DNA of 64,000 nucleotides from Camelus dromedarius (taxonomy: Eukaryota), in contig NC_087436.1 in the NCBI RefSeq assembly GCF_036321535.1, positions 64,172,001 to 64,236,000 on the forward strand. The letters are read 5' to 3'. Positions 13,411 to 25,665 of this stretch are shown one piece after another. Under the pieces are notes generated by a model, which saw only the letters and a list, made by a program, of their open reading frames with translations, was not told the DNA's origin and did not search any database. A program made the position numbers and the translations under genes. The stretch's first letter is position 1, and every line of letters begins with the position of its first letter.

Positions 13411-14219
13411 AAATAAGGAATTAGGGTAGAAAAGATCTGAGGATAACTCATATAGACTAGTAGATGGAGAGCCTGAAGGGGAGTAGTCGGAAATGGCTTG
13501 AACATCGTAAGTAAAGAGACAACATTTGAAGGGCTAGTTGAAGTTATGGAGGTGGAATTTCATAAATGCCATTAATGTATCTATAGAGCTTTGTCTCATA
13601 AATTCTTAACTTCCAAATAATTTGAAATGATAGATGTGAAGGCCATATACTTCCTTTTACAGATAATTAATTGTGGGTACCCCATATTTGTTTAAGTCTA
13701 AAAGTGATTTAAGGACTAACACTCTTAGGCAAAAAAAAACCCCACAAAAAAACCTTATAATGATTTCTTCGATTCACTGTATTTCAAAAAAAAATCTCAG
13801 TTCTCATTGATCTTTTAAAAATATCACTGTCATCTTAGGCTGCAGACCATCTATTAACTGACACCAGAATGATCCTTTAAAAATATGTTTGTACATAGCA
13901 CATCTTCATTGCCTCATGATCCTTTCCTGGACAGTTCAGTAGGAGATATCGTCAAATACTTTTGGAATTAAAGTCACACAGGCAAAGACAATAAAATGTC
14001 TTTTCATCTTAAGTCCAGACTAATTTTTACTGGGATTTCCTGGAATCTCATTTAAATATCAGAATGTGAAGTCACCTTCTAATAGTCATCAGTGTTAGGA
14101 AATTCTGAGGTGACTATTTCCTGAGAAATTCATATAAGGACGCTTATTTTCTGCCTTCCATTATGAACATCCGCTTAACATACATGAACAGTAATAATCA
14201 GTAAGAAACTATTTGAGAA

Positions 14220-14380
14220 ACTCCAGGGTATAGGCTCTGAATTTGGACAACTTGTATTTGAATTCTGACTTTTCCACTTAGTGTCTCAGAGTATTTATTT
14301 ATAAAATAAAGATAAAGTTCATACCAACCTCAGAAGATTTTTGTAAAGGTTAGGTGAGAATATAAATTAAGTGTTTAAGT
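14220..14380 (+). mobile_element. MIR SINE
   Basis: ggctctgaatttggacaacttgtatttgaattctgactttt...accaacctcagaagatttttgtaaagg. Confidence 0.65.
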
Positions 14381-14499
14381 TCTTTAATTTTTTTAATTTA
14401 AATGAGGATATAAATTGTTCAAAATTGTGTTTAAATTTTTCAAATATTTTTAATAAATCTTAAAAATATTAAGTCAGGCTTTCTCTTTTTCTTTCTCTC

Positions 14500-14660
14500 T
14501 TTTCCTCATTCATTTCTTATTCCCCATTGAGAATGTAAGTGTAAACTCTATAAGTGATGTTTTTTTCTGTTCAGTTCACTCCTGAATCCACAGTACCTAG
14601 GACAGTGCTTGGACAACTGAGTAAACTTGTAACTCTTAAGTGAGGGAAGGAAGGTAGGAA
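14500..14660 (+). mobile_element. L2 3' end
   Basis: ccccattgagaatgtaag...ttcagttcactcctgaatccacagtacctaggacagtgcttggaca. Confidence 0.65.
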
Positions 14661-15539
14661 GGAAGGGAGTTACTCTACTTTTTTAACATGCTATCTCAGG
14701 ATTAGAAAGTTTACCTTGAACATTCATCTTTATCATGTTTTTTTTTTTAACTAGAGAATCAAACCTTAATGTTAAAATATTTTCCATTTTTGATGTCTTA
14801 TATATGTGTTTGTTTTCATTTTATCTAAAGCATGGTTTAATTTAACTTTTAATTAACGCAATCTAGCGTTCACACCCAAAGTATTTCCATCTAGTTTTCA
14901 AAAGCTAGAGTGAATTGCAATAATTTTGAGTGTTTTCTGGGTAACTTTTGAACAGTGATGAAAACATAAACACGCCAAATTTTTATATCCTCCACGAGTG
15001 CTTTTCTTCAAAGTAGTCACATCGCTCAAAAATAATTCTAGTAGCTCATTTTAAAAAGCCTTTTTAGACAGGGTTCCTAATTAGAAAAGAAACTCAGGCT
15101 TATTATTTCATAGTGATAGAACAATATCATTTGATATGATACCTTTCCTTGCCTTCTATTTGCTTTTCTGTTCCTCTTACCTGTCCACACCTCTTTCCCT
15201 TTCCTGTATTTTACCTTAGATCTGGACTTCTTCCTCTTGGGAGGCTCCATGACCCTATGTGTGCTTGTTTTCCTCCGAGCTGTCTACTAACTCTTAAGTG
15301 CCTTAAGTGGCTGTAATTGAATAAAGTACTGAGATGTTGAATAGAGAAACTAAACTGAAGAACCTCTGTTCTCCTGTATAAATAGAAAAAGAACCCATAA
15401 AGAATGTTATGTGAACAAAATCAGAGATACATATAATGGTGCATTTTTGTTCTTGGTCTCAATTTATGTGAGGCCAATACAAACAGTTTCCAATAAATAA
15501 ATTTAAGTTCTTAACTAAAAAAAAAAAGTAATGTTTTGT

Positions 15540-15800
15540 TCACCCAGGCAGCATTTTTGAGGCCATATGAGGTGCTTAGTTCTTTAGGGAGGGGTAGTTT
15601 AAATTGAAAAAGTGGTCCCAGTCCCTGTTCTCAAGCAATCCACATTACAGTGTACGGTTCAGCAAAATAGAAGAATACACAAAGAGCTGTGGGAGCATCA
15701 GGGAAGGTATGACTGGTTCCTTCTGTGATGGAGTGGGTCTGGTGCAATCAGGGAGAACTTTGTGGAGTAAGTCTTGCTTGGGTCTCAGAACTTCCTAATG
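15540..15800 (-). mobile_element. L2 fragment
   Basis: Antisense L2 3' region: cagtccctgttctcaagc...acacaaagagctgtgggagcatcaggg. Confidence 0.55.
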
Positions 15801-17340
15801 CGAGGAAATAAAGAAAGATCTAAAGGGTGAGGATGTTTGCAGGAGGACCTGTTCTGTCATTGTTCATGCTTGTTCAGATATGTAGAATATTGCAAAAGAG
15901 GATATGCTTTGTCTTCAAAAATCAGGAGAAAATACTTTATGTAACGAGCCAGTAGTTCTTAAAGGAACATATTTGATTTGTTGAAAGAATGGTTCTGCAG
16001 AAAAACTCAAGAGGTTGATTGAAAAATAGCTTTTAGTTTCCTGTTCAAGGAGTCAAATGTGCCATTCAAACGTGGACTTAGATTGCTCTTGTGGTACAAA
16101 ACCTCAATAATTGGCCAGATATGGGTAGTCAAATCTCACAAAAAAAATAGTGATTTCCATTGCTTTAATATTTTAAAATTCTCAAACAAAATGTAATGCT
16201 TTTATCAGTGAATAGTTTTTCACTAGTTTGCTCACATAAATATCTGATGGTAATCAATAGTGATTCTGTAAAGGAGAATTCAATTTTAATTTTATGCTAA
16301 TGACTTTCTGCCTGTATTTAATCCCTTATCCCATTTGGGGACAAGAGTCTAGAATAGATAATAGACACTTGTCATTGTTTCGGCACATATATGATTATTT
16401 AACCGTCTGCTAGTAGCATAATAATATGAATAGCATAATAAATACTAAGTATCGTATTAGTTAAAACAAGTGGTGTTTGTATAAAGCCCTTAAATAGACT
16501 CACTACAAAGTTCAAAAATTGATGTGGGCAATTGCAGAACACTTAGAAAACACTGAAATTCCAAACAAAATACTTTGAAATGCTACTCCTTTTTGAAATT
16601 TATTTTTATATATTTATTTTTTTAACATTACTCCTTTATTGTAAAATGTCTGGCATATTAATACTAGTTTAATCATAACAGACATAGAAAATATTATGGC
16701 AATTTAAAGAAAATGAAGACAAAAAACCTTATAAATTTACCATTTAAATAAACTGTTATCTTTTATTTTTTCTTAATGTTTCTAAAATATGAATTTGTTT
16801 AAATTATTGTAATCACAGTCTCAGTATTTATACATAAATACACAGAGCATGCATATTTTTTATGTTTGTGTTTGTGTATGTGTGTATGTATGTATATATA
16901 ATATATAATAAAGTAGCAAGATGTACTAAGGTATTTCTCATTTTTTCCCCATAGCAGTTCTTGTAATAAAACTGATTAAACACATCCCAGAATCTTAGCT
17001 AGAAGTACCTGTTACAGGAAACTCGAAAATTTCTTGGAAATCTCAGAATTTATTTTAAAAACTTGTATGTTCTTTTAATTGGGAAAACATTTAAATTTCA
17101 TACCTACCAAATTCATAAACTTTTCCCAGTGAACATTATAGTAAATTAGATGATATAAGAAGATGTGTCAGGTGGATTGAATTTTGTTTTCATAGGTCAT
17201 TCTGCTGCTATGCCCTAAGCATTGTGGGAAAAAATGTACTTGACAAACAAAAGAAATTCATAAGTTACTCAAATAGTCTTACAGCTATAATCTTAAAGTA
17301 TGTGTTTTTCTCATCTAATTAAATTTTTTTTTTTTTACAG

Positions 17341-17409
17341 AAATGCTTAAATGTTCAGTAAATTGGAGGAAAAAAACATGGATTTTTAGCAACTGAAGAG
17401 AAAATTAAG
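17341..17409 (+). other. Candidate 69-nt cassette exon (non-coding or poison; host gene unidentified)
   Basis: Branch-point-like CTAAT about 25 nt upstream, a long T tract ending ACAG at 17340, and donor AAG|GTAATT at 17409/17410. All three frames contain a stop. Confidence 0.5.
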
Positions 17410-18569
17410 GTAATTATTAGTTTATTGCTGCCAGTCATGATTGTTAGTAACTTAAAAGTATATTTAATATATTTATATTCAAGTTAGTGTATGCTTTTAT
17501 GAGTATAATATTGAAAATTCAGCATATTGTTTAATCAGTTACTAAAATGTAATTTTACATATTTTTAGAAATAACATTTCTTTTGAACTAATATGTAAAA
17601 ATATTTCAAAGTATTTGCTATTGTAAGGAAATATACCATATCTATAAAATGAATGGGCTACTAAAGATAAATAATTTTAGTAGGATTATACCCCTTTCAA
17701 AAGGCAGTTTCTATCTTACTGTCTTAACTGTCTAATTATAGAATAACTATTCAGATTTTTAAAAATTAGTACATGTATACCAAGAAAATTAGTTAAATCA
17801 TTCTTATTTAGTTCATTCTTTTGCTCTCAATTACATATCCATTATGGTGAATATGAATATTAGGAAATAAAATTATGCATTTTATAGACCAAGCAAATTC
17901 TTTTCAAAAGTAATGTTTTTATTTCAACATAAAAGACTTAAAGGAATATAATGTTAGGCCAGTATATGTATTTGCATCTTCTTCAGCAAATCACTTAATA
18001 GTAAGACAGGTCTTTATATTAGTCAATCAGAAGTAAAATTGGAATTTTCTTTCTTCTGGAATTTACTGAAGTTAATTTCTGCAAGGGGACTTTGTAATGT
18101 CTAGAATGTAAATTATTGTAGATATTCAGCTTGAAATTAGAAATATCAACTTTCTTATTATTTTCCTTCATATTAAAATAATTCATGTTTATTTGATTTT
18201 GAATTATTGCTGTAGTTTATATGCATTAAATTTTTTATAAATCTATATTCAACTATTCTGTATTTTTCTTTAACTCTAAGAGTACTGAGTGATTTAAGAC
18301 TACCAAAACACTGCATTCTCACTATTGTAGGTACGAAATTTTCCAATCGATACTCCTTCTTTTTGAGATTTTTGCCTTAATTTCTTTGTCACAGCTTAGT
18401 TCTACACATTCATTCATTTATGCAGGAAAATAATATGATTTCTCTCTTCCAGAGTAGATATGATTGAATCTACTTTATTTGTATTTAATAGCTTATCCAC
18501 ACATTGACATAAGTTTTGCAGACATTCTTTTATTACTTGAGTGAAATGAATTTTTTGGTACTTAGTGCT

Positions 18570-19040
18570 ATAAATACATTCAATTAACAAAAACTGGTTG
18601 GTTCAATCTTTTTTTTTTTTTTCCTTTAAATTAAGCCAAGTAAAACTTAGATGTGCCTGCTCAGGAGAAATTGAATTCTGGTGGGAAAGATATGAAACTC
18701 TATAGAAATTATTATATGCACTTTAAAAGAGTCTATGACAAGCTACTAAGGAAACAGTGGTGGGAGAAGTTCCCTTTTGTTGGAGGCTCTTGAAACCTTC
18801 ATGGAGGCTGTGGAATTCACTGAGGGGGTTGCTCAGACCAGGAGGGTGAGGTCATTCATTCCAGGGCAATATAATAACTTGTGAAAGGGCACATCAAGGA
18901 ACAGGGGATGGCCATTGATGGATTGATAGTTCCGTTGTGACTGATGGATTACACAGGTGGTGGAACAATGTCAAGAGATGAGTCTGGAAAAGTAGGTTTG
19001 GAGCAGTAGTATGTCATGTTTGCCAGATGAAAGCTTTATT
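18570..19040 (-). mobile_element. L2 fragment
   Basis: Antisense L2: cattccagggca...aacttgtgaaagggcac, agagatgagtctggaaaagtaggtttggagc. Confidence 0.6.
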
Positions 19041-19249
19041 TTCCAGCCTAGCTGTCTCTAGAGTGTTAAGGGTATCCCGAGTCTTGTGAGAAGAAATGTT
19101 CAGAACCTTTCCTGATACTTTTTTCATGAAAAAGTATAAGAAAAACGAAGAGCTTATAATATTCAATATAGTGAATACAACTGGACCCCCAAGTGTGAAG
19201 TTTAATTATAAGCATTTTTACGGTGTTAAATGATAGGCAGTGTTGGTGT

Positions 19250-19915
19250 CATAGTTTTTAAGTGAGATACAATTCATAAACCATAAATTCACCCTTTTAA
19301 AGTTTTTAGTATAGTCACAACGTTCTATAGCCATCACCACTATCTAATCTAGAACATTTTTATCATTCCTACATACAACCCCACATCCATGAGCAGTTGC
19401 TCTAAGTTTCTCCCTCATTCTGATGATTTACCATATACATGGAATCATACGGTATTTTTTTTGTATCTGCCCTTTTCATTTAATATAATGTTTTCAAGTT
19501 TTACTCTTGTTGTGTGAATTAGAACTTCATTCTTTTATGCATGAATAACAGTATGTTATATGGATAAATCACATTTTGCTCATCCATTCACTAGTTGATA
19601 GACATTGGAATTTTTACACTCTTTGGCTATTAATGAATAATGCTGCTATGGTCATTTATATACAAGTTTTTGTATAGGCATATGTATTCATTTCTCTTGG
19701 ATACATACCTAAAGTGGAATTGCTGGCTTTTATGAGAACTGTGTGTTTTACCTTTTGAGAAACTTCCAAATTGCTTTCCAAAGTTGCTGTACCATTTTAC
19801 ATTCCCATCAGAAATGTATGAGTGTTTTAATTGTGTCATGTCCTTGCCAAAAGTTATTATTGTCATTTTGATTATAGCCATCCAAATGGATGTCAAGTGG
19901 TATCTCATTGGATTT
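19250..19915 (-). mobile_element. 5'-truncated L1 (L1MB-like) with ORF2 C-terminus and 3' UTR
   Basis: ORF 19630-19908(-) MRYHLTSIWMAIIK...GNVKWYSNFGKQFGSF matches the L1 ORF2 C-terminus. A degenerate TSD is likely: ggcagtgttggt (~19236) and ggcagtgtttgt (~19920). Confidence 0.9.
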
Positions 19916-20749
19916 TGATGGCAGTGTTTGTTTTTAAGAATATTTTAGTGTACTAATGTTACATGTGTTTGGATAAGTGCATTAAGTGGAATTACTGTCA
20001 ATTTTAACTTGCCTGGTTCTCATATTTGGACAATATATTTTATGAAGTGTTAAATAAAATTTACAAAATGAAGATTATTTGATTGATACAAGCATAAGTC
20101 AATAAAAAATGATAGAGCTGGCATTTCTTCTATCCCTGTTAGAGAATATTTTCGGACTCATTATATAATTAAACAGTGCTAATCTCAGATTTAATAAGGA
20201 TAGCAAAAACTTAAAACTACTGAAATGATTATGAAATAGGGATTTATCTCTTATATCATAAGTGATTAAACTCATCCTGAGAGCATATTTATCTTGAGGT
20301 ATAATTTAATGATAGTGCATAGCATCATTAGTAGCAAGAATTTTAATAACTTAACATCTGGAACACAAATGCATATACCTCTTTAGGTTTTTCAGCAAAG
20401 TTTAAAGTCATACTGAATCTAGTCATCTACAAATTTCCGCTAAATTTATGATAAATGTTTATAAGCCTTATTTGAAATTTCCTGCAGGGAAAGAATGAAA
20501 TCATTGGAGAAACCCTAGTTCTTCCTGCTGTGGTAAAAAAGGTCAAAATCACACAAGATAAATTATATGGCAGCAAGTAATATTGTATTACTCCATTAGC
20601 AAGTACCGTTGGAAGATGACATTAAACACATTACTTTAACCAGAAAAAAAGTATTAGAACAAATTATACACTATGATGTATTCACTTTACCTTTGGACAA
20701 AAATGTATGCATTTCCAGCATGCATCAGTTTATGCTATTTGCTGGATTA

Positions 20750-20955
20750 TTTTTTTAAATCAGGTTTATTGATATATAATTTATGTATAGTGAAGTCACT
20801 TTTTAATGTATAATTCTGTTTTGACACATAAAGTCGTGTGAGGGTATCATCAAAATCAAGACAGAGACCATATCCTTCACCCTCAGAAGTTCTCTTGTGC
20901 AGTTTTGTAGTCATTCCCTTCCACCTCCATCAGCCCTGGGAACCTCTAGATTTTT
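20750..20955 (-). mobile_element. L1M 3' end
   Basis: tttattgatatataattta...aatcaagacagagaccatatccttcaccctcagaagttctcttgtgc...ccctgggaacc, a typical antisense L1 3' UTR. Confidence 0.8.
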
Positions 20956-21072
20956 CTTTAACAATAAAATATCCCCCAAAATAAATAAAACAAACACTTG
21001 AGAGGAAGAAGCAGATTAGAGAGGTCAAGTTTTGAAGACAAATTCTCTGTATGATCTTCTAAGTGTAACTTA

Positions 21073-21580
21073 TGTAGACTGAAATAAAATCACACGAAGT
21101 GAGAGTTGTGGGTTAAGTTTTACTTGGGGCAAAATGAGGACTATAGCCCAGGAGACAGCATCTCAGATAGGCCTGAGGAACTGCTCTGAAGTGTTGGGGG
21201 GAGCTCAGTATATACGTGATTTTAGTGAAGGGGATACATGCAGTCAAGCACACATTTAGACAGAGTCTTGCTGCTGGTCATGAGGAGCAGATGTCACTGT
21301 TAATGCTTTTAGTGCTTTTCTAGATATGAGGAGATGCAAGAATTTGGGATCATAAAATCTTCCCCTGAAAATATCTAACTATCTGAAGGCCTGTTCAGCC
21401 AGTTCTCCCAGAGCATAGAGGGCCTCATTTCCTGATCTCCACCCTGAACTCCTTTCAGGGAGTGTTGGAGGTCAGTGGCTGCAGTGGCTTGTGATTTAAT
21501 CCAAGATGAGGTAGGTGGCAAGTGCCAGCATGATCCAATCCTTATAGAGGCAGATGGCAAGTGTCAATTTCTAGTTGGCA
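21073..21580 (-). mobile_element. ERV1-class solo LTR, MER41-like
   Basis: 508 bp with TG...CA termini and a perfect 4-bp TSD CTTA (21069-21072 and 21581-21584). The minus strand has a TATA-like TATATA and a polyA-like AGTAAA near its 3' end. Resemblance to MER41-like LTRs is from memory. Confidence 0.85.
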
Positions 21581-21859
21581 CTTATACTCTCTGCTTCATT
21601 TTCCTTCCTAGAAATAAGGGGTTTAACAAAATGCTCTACCATGTGTCATTTAGTATACAGCTAGATTTATCTAAGCACTTATAAACACTTAGTGTTTTTA
21701 CAGTAAATTATAGTTTCTTGAACTTTGAAAAAAAGATATATTGGAGAAGATATATTTTCCACTGTAAATGACCTCTTAGAATAGATTCAACCACAAAGCA
21801 TGAAATCAAAATTTTCAAAATAATAAAGCCAATTCAGAAACATCATGCTCACACAAGTT

Positions 21860-22385
21860 TTGGTTAATGGCTCCATTCTTCGAATTCCTTAGGCACAAAT
21901 GCTTGGAGTGAATCTTGACTTTTCTTTCACATCCTTTGCACATTTGTCAGCACAATCTCTCTGACTACTGAGCACCTCCTTGTCTCCTCCCTCGGTCCAA
22001 ATCACAGTCCCCTCTTGGCTGGACCGTTACAAGTCTCCTTTTTTCCTGCTCCACTGTTTTCACTGTGCAGCACTCAGAGCTCTGTTCTATCTTCAGCCTC
22101 CTGCACACTCCAGCTGCCCTGGCTTCATTGCCATTTGCTGAACACAGGAGGCCTCTCTCCACTGGAACCTTAGCCGGTGGTCCTTCCACCAATCACACTC
22201 TCCCTAGTTACTCCCATGGCTTATATCCTAGCCTTCAAATATCCTCTTCGCATGGTAGCCTTCCTTGAACAACCTGCTTGAAACTGAACTGCCTACGGGC
22301 ACCCTCTTTCCTCCTCTCCTGCTTTATTTTTCTCTGGATCACATAATACCACATTATATACAATTCTGTTTATTGTCTCATTCCA
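21860..22385 (+). mobile_element. L2 fragment
   Basis: cttggagtgaatcttgacttttc..., tcagcctcctgcacactccagctgccctggcttcattgccatttgctgaacacagg. Confidence 0.75.
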
Positions 22386-22479
22386 TCAGTTAATATATTC
22401 TAATTTTTTTCTCTTTAAAGCCTCCTTTTAATTTCTAATTTTATGTGTCTTTTTTATTGTACCACTGGTCCTGTGTATG

Positions 22480-22800
22480 GATTTGGACATTAGAAAGTTA
22501 CTCTGGAGGCAGACAGTGTGGATGACTGTGTGACCAGAGGCAGGAGGATTATGTGGAAAATATTTACAATAACTCAGGTGAGGTATAATAAAGGTCTGGT
22601 TTAAAGCAACAACACTGGGGATTGAGTGTTAGTAACACATTTGAGACAGCGTTTAAAAGGTAAAATTGACACGTCTTAGTGACTGATTGTATTTGAATAG
22701 TGAGAGTTGAAGTCACAGTGGCACAAGTCTCAGGCTTGAAACTGGCAACCCCTTGGGTGGTGGCACCATGCACTGAGCCCTGGGTAGTTGGGGAGCAAGG
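22480..22800 (-). mobile_element. L2 fragment
   Basis: actctggaggcagacagtgtgga...tttgagacagcgtttaaaaggtaaaattgacacgtcttagtgactgattg. Confidence 0.65.
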
Positions 22801-23569
22801 GTTATTTGTGTTGTGTTTTTATATGGAATGATAATTAATGTTTTTACAGAAATAATAAGGATTTTTTTTTGCAGAAATAACATCCAAAATTGGGTGTTAA
22901 TTTTTATCTCTATGTAGGAATGATCAGTACAAATACAACACCTTAAACTGAAGGTCATTAATTGTCTCACTTCTTTACCCATTTGTTTATAGAAATTAAG
23001 AAAAAATATTTTGGTTTTGTTCCGAATTATTTTTTCTAATTAATTTCAAAACCACAGTCAGAAAGTGTGGGATGTAAAAACTGGCCATAGGCAGAGTAAA
23101 AAGCACATTCATTATTCAGACAGTCATCCCTGCTTATTCCATTCTTGGAGATACAGTGGCTGTCAGAATCTGTCAGCTGTATAGTTAGTGCCCTTCGGAA
23201 TTTACATGCATAAATGGTGACCTTTGCAAATTTGCATAAAGATAAGTCTGGCATTTGAATTGATAGCTGCCAGTCAGTTTTGCAAAGCAAAAGTTGTCAG
23301 CCACGATTTAAACCACAGAATGGGCTGTGAAACAGGAATAGCAAGTAGAGAATATACAAAACAACAGTAATACTTACTTCACCAAAACAAAAATGCAGCC
23401 TACTTTAATAGATTTGTACAATGGCTAAAAAAGGTATAACCAATTACTGAATATCCTTGGATCAGTATTTTTTTTTTTTTTTTTGGTATATAGCTTTTCT
23501 CTCATTTTTGGTTAAACTTTTTGTGTGTAAAAATATCAAAAATTTAAAATTCAGTCATTTAAATATTTA

Positions 23570-24110
23570 TTAGATTTTATATTATAAAATCAATGTATAC
23601 TCGCTCATTATAGAAAATTTAGAAATATTACAGAGTTAGAATATTAATATTATTCATAACCCTACACACAGAGAAAGCCATGGTTAATGTTTCAGTGTAA
23701 ATTCTTAGTTATCTGTTTAAATAAATATTCATAGCTTCATATATGGGCATATTCTTACTAACATTGTACTGTTTTTTACTTATCGTAAATACTACTGAGA
23801 TCAATATATATTTTGGCACATAAGCGATTATTTCCTTGAATAGATTTTTAGTGGTGGAATTATTGGGTTTCAGTTTATGACTGTAAAGCTTTTAATATAC
23901 GTTGTTGAAATGTCCTTCCAAAAGGTTTCACTTTCATAAGCTGTCAAATTTACCTGAACACTCACCTTCTTCTTCTAATCATTTTCTCATGTTATATTTT
24001 AAATGTTTGATGAAAGCTTGCCATGTGGGGAGTGTTGTATTGAAATATATGTAAGGCAGAAAATCATTTTCAATTAAAATATCTTTTTCTTTGATTATTG
24101 TTACCAATTT
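23570..24110 (-). mobile_element. Very old L1ME-like fragment
   Basis: attatttccttgaatagatttttagtggtggaattattgggt...aaatgtccttccaaaagg, an antisense L1 ORF2 3' signature. Confidence 0.6.
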
Positions 24111-24919
24111 CAATTACTGTGTGTAGTAGCATGTCATGACCATTTACCTCACCCATCACCCTAACTTCAGAACAGTGCTGAGTAACTAAAACTAAAGTAA
24201 AAAAAAAATTTTTTTAAATCTTCGAGCATTCAAAATAATTATACATAAATTGTTCAAAAGGACAGACACTATCAGAGGAAAAGTTTACCCTTCATCACCT
24301 GTCATTTTTTGCAGTACATCCCTGCCTATTTTAAACACCAATGTCTCTTCCTGCTTTGTCAGACAAGATAGTGACCACTGTAATATTGGAAAGCAACCAG
24401 ACCTCCTTTAGTTTCTCCCATCTTGAAAATACCTGAACATGTTTCTTAACTCAGTACATTAAACGTAAAACAAAAAGATGAGTTGAGAATAAACTGTGAA
24501 TGGATATGCAGTGTTTTCCTGACATAATAATAATAATTTGGACATATTATGGAAAGTATGCTACCCAAGTCAAACCTCTAAGATGATTGGATATTCACTT
24601 TCCATTATTTCTTATTTTTATGGATAAACCTGAACTAGCAGTGCCCTGGACAGAATCCTGTGTCCTGATCCTTGTTCTTGACCAGATCTTCTTTACCTTA
24701 AACTATCCAGTGCTCCTCTAATTTACAGCATTGAAAATACTATGACGGTTCAGAAAAGACTGCTCCTTTCTGCCAGAATCAAGGATGATCTGTTGAATAT
24801 AGAGAGATCTGCTGCAGACCATAAATATTCATAGATTGAGGTTTGTGCCATAGCTGAAAACTAAAAATAGTTCATTATTGACTATTGATTTTATTTGTTT
24901 TTTGCAGGAGAGTGATTGG

Positions 24920-25665
24920 TTATACTTTTTTAATTGAGTATACACATTTAAAATTTTAAAATGTTTAAAATTACCCATTGTAAACACTTGAGGAATTTTA
25001 TCAAATGTATATACCCATGCAACCATGACTTTTATTTTTCAGTCTGTATATCTGTCTGTATATCTGACTGTCTATCTATGCTTACAGCATTTGTTTTGTT
25101 TTTGGTATGCAACTCTGAGATTTAAGACTTGTATAGAATTGTGTTTTTATCACTACATGTAGGATACAAAAAGATTTTATCATCTGAAAATTCCCTCATG
25201 CTGCCCTTTGGTAGTCATTTTCTGCTTGTGTCCCTAACCCCTAGCAACCACTATTCTGTTCTGCATTTCTGTATTTTAAGATTTTTTTAGAGTATCATAT
25301 AAATGAATTGTACAATAAGTAGCCTTTTGAAACTGACTCCTTTCACTCATTATAATGAGGATTATGAGATTCATCTTTGAGTATATCAGTAATTCACTCA
25401 TTCTTTGTTATTGGGCAATATCCCATTGTATGGATGACTCACAGTCATTTATCCATCCAGTTGTTGAAGACATTTGGGTTGTTTCTAATTTTCAGTCAAA
25501 ATAAAGTTGTTTTAAACATTCTTATGCAGGGTGTGTGTATTTGCGCGCGCGCGTGTGCGCGCGTGTGCGTGTGTGTGTGTTTATTTAAATAAATTTTTAT
25601 TTCTCCAGAGTAAATACCTGAGAGTTGGGTTTCTGGGTCATGGTAAATGTATATATTATTTTTTT
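24920..25665 (-). mobile_element. L1M (L1MC/MD-like) 3' fragment
   Basis: ccctaacccctagcaaccact..., tttatccatccagttgttgaagacatttgggttgtttc, gagtaaatacctgagagttgggtttctgggtcatggtaa. Confidence 0.85.
25531..25580. repeat. (GT)n/(GC)n alternating purine-pyrimidine microsatellite
   Basis: gtgtgtgtatttgcgcgcgcgcgtgtgcgcgcgtgtgcgtgtgtgtgtgt read directly. Confidence 0.95.
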
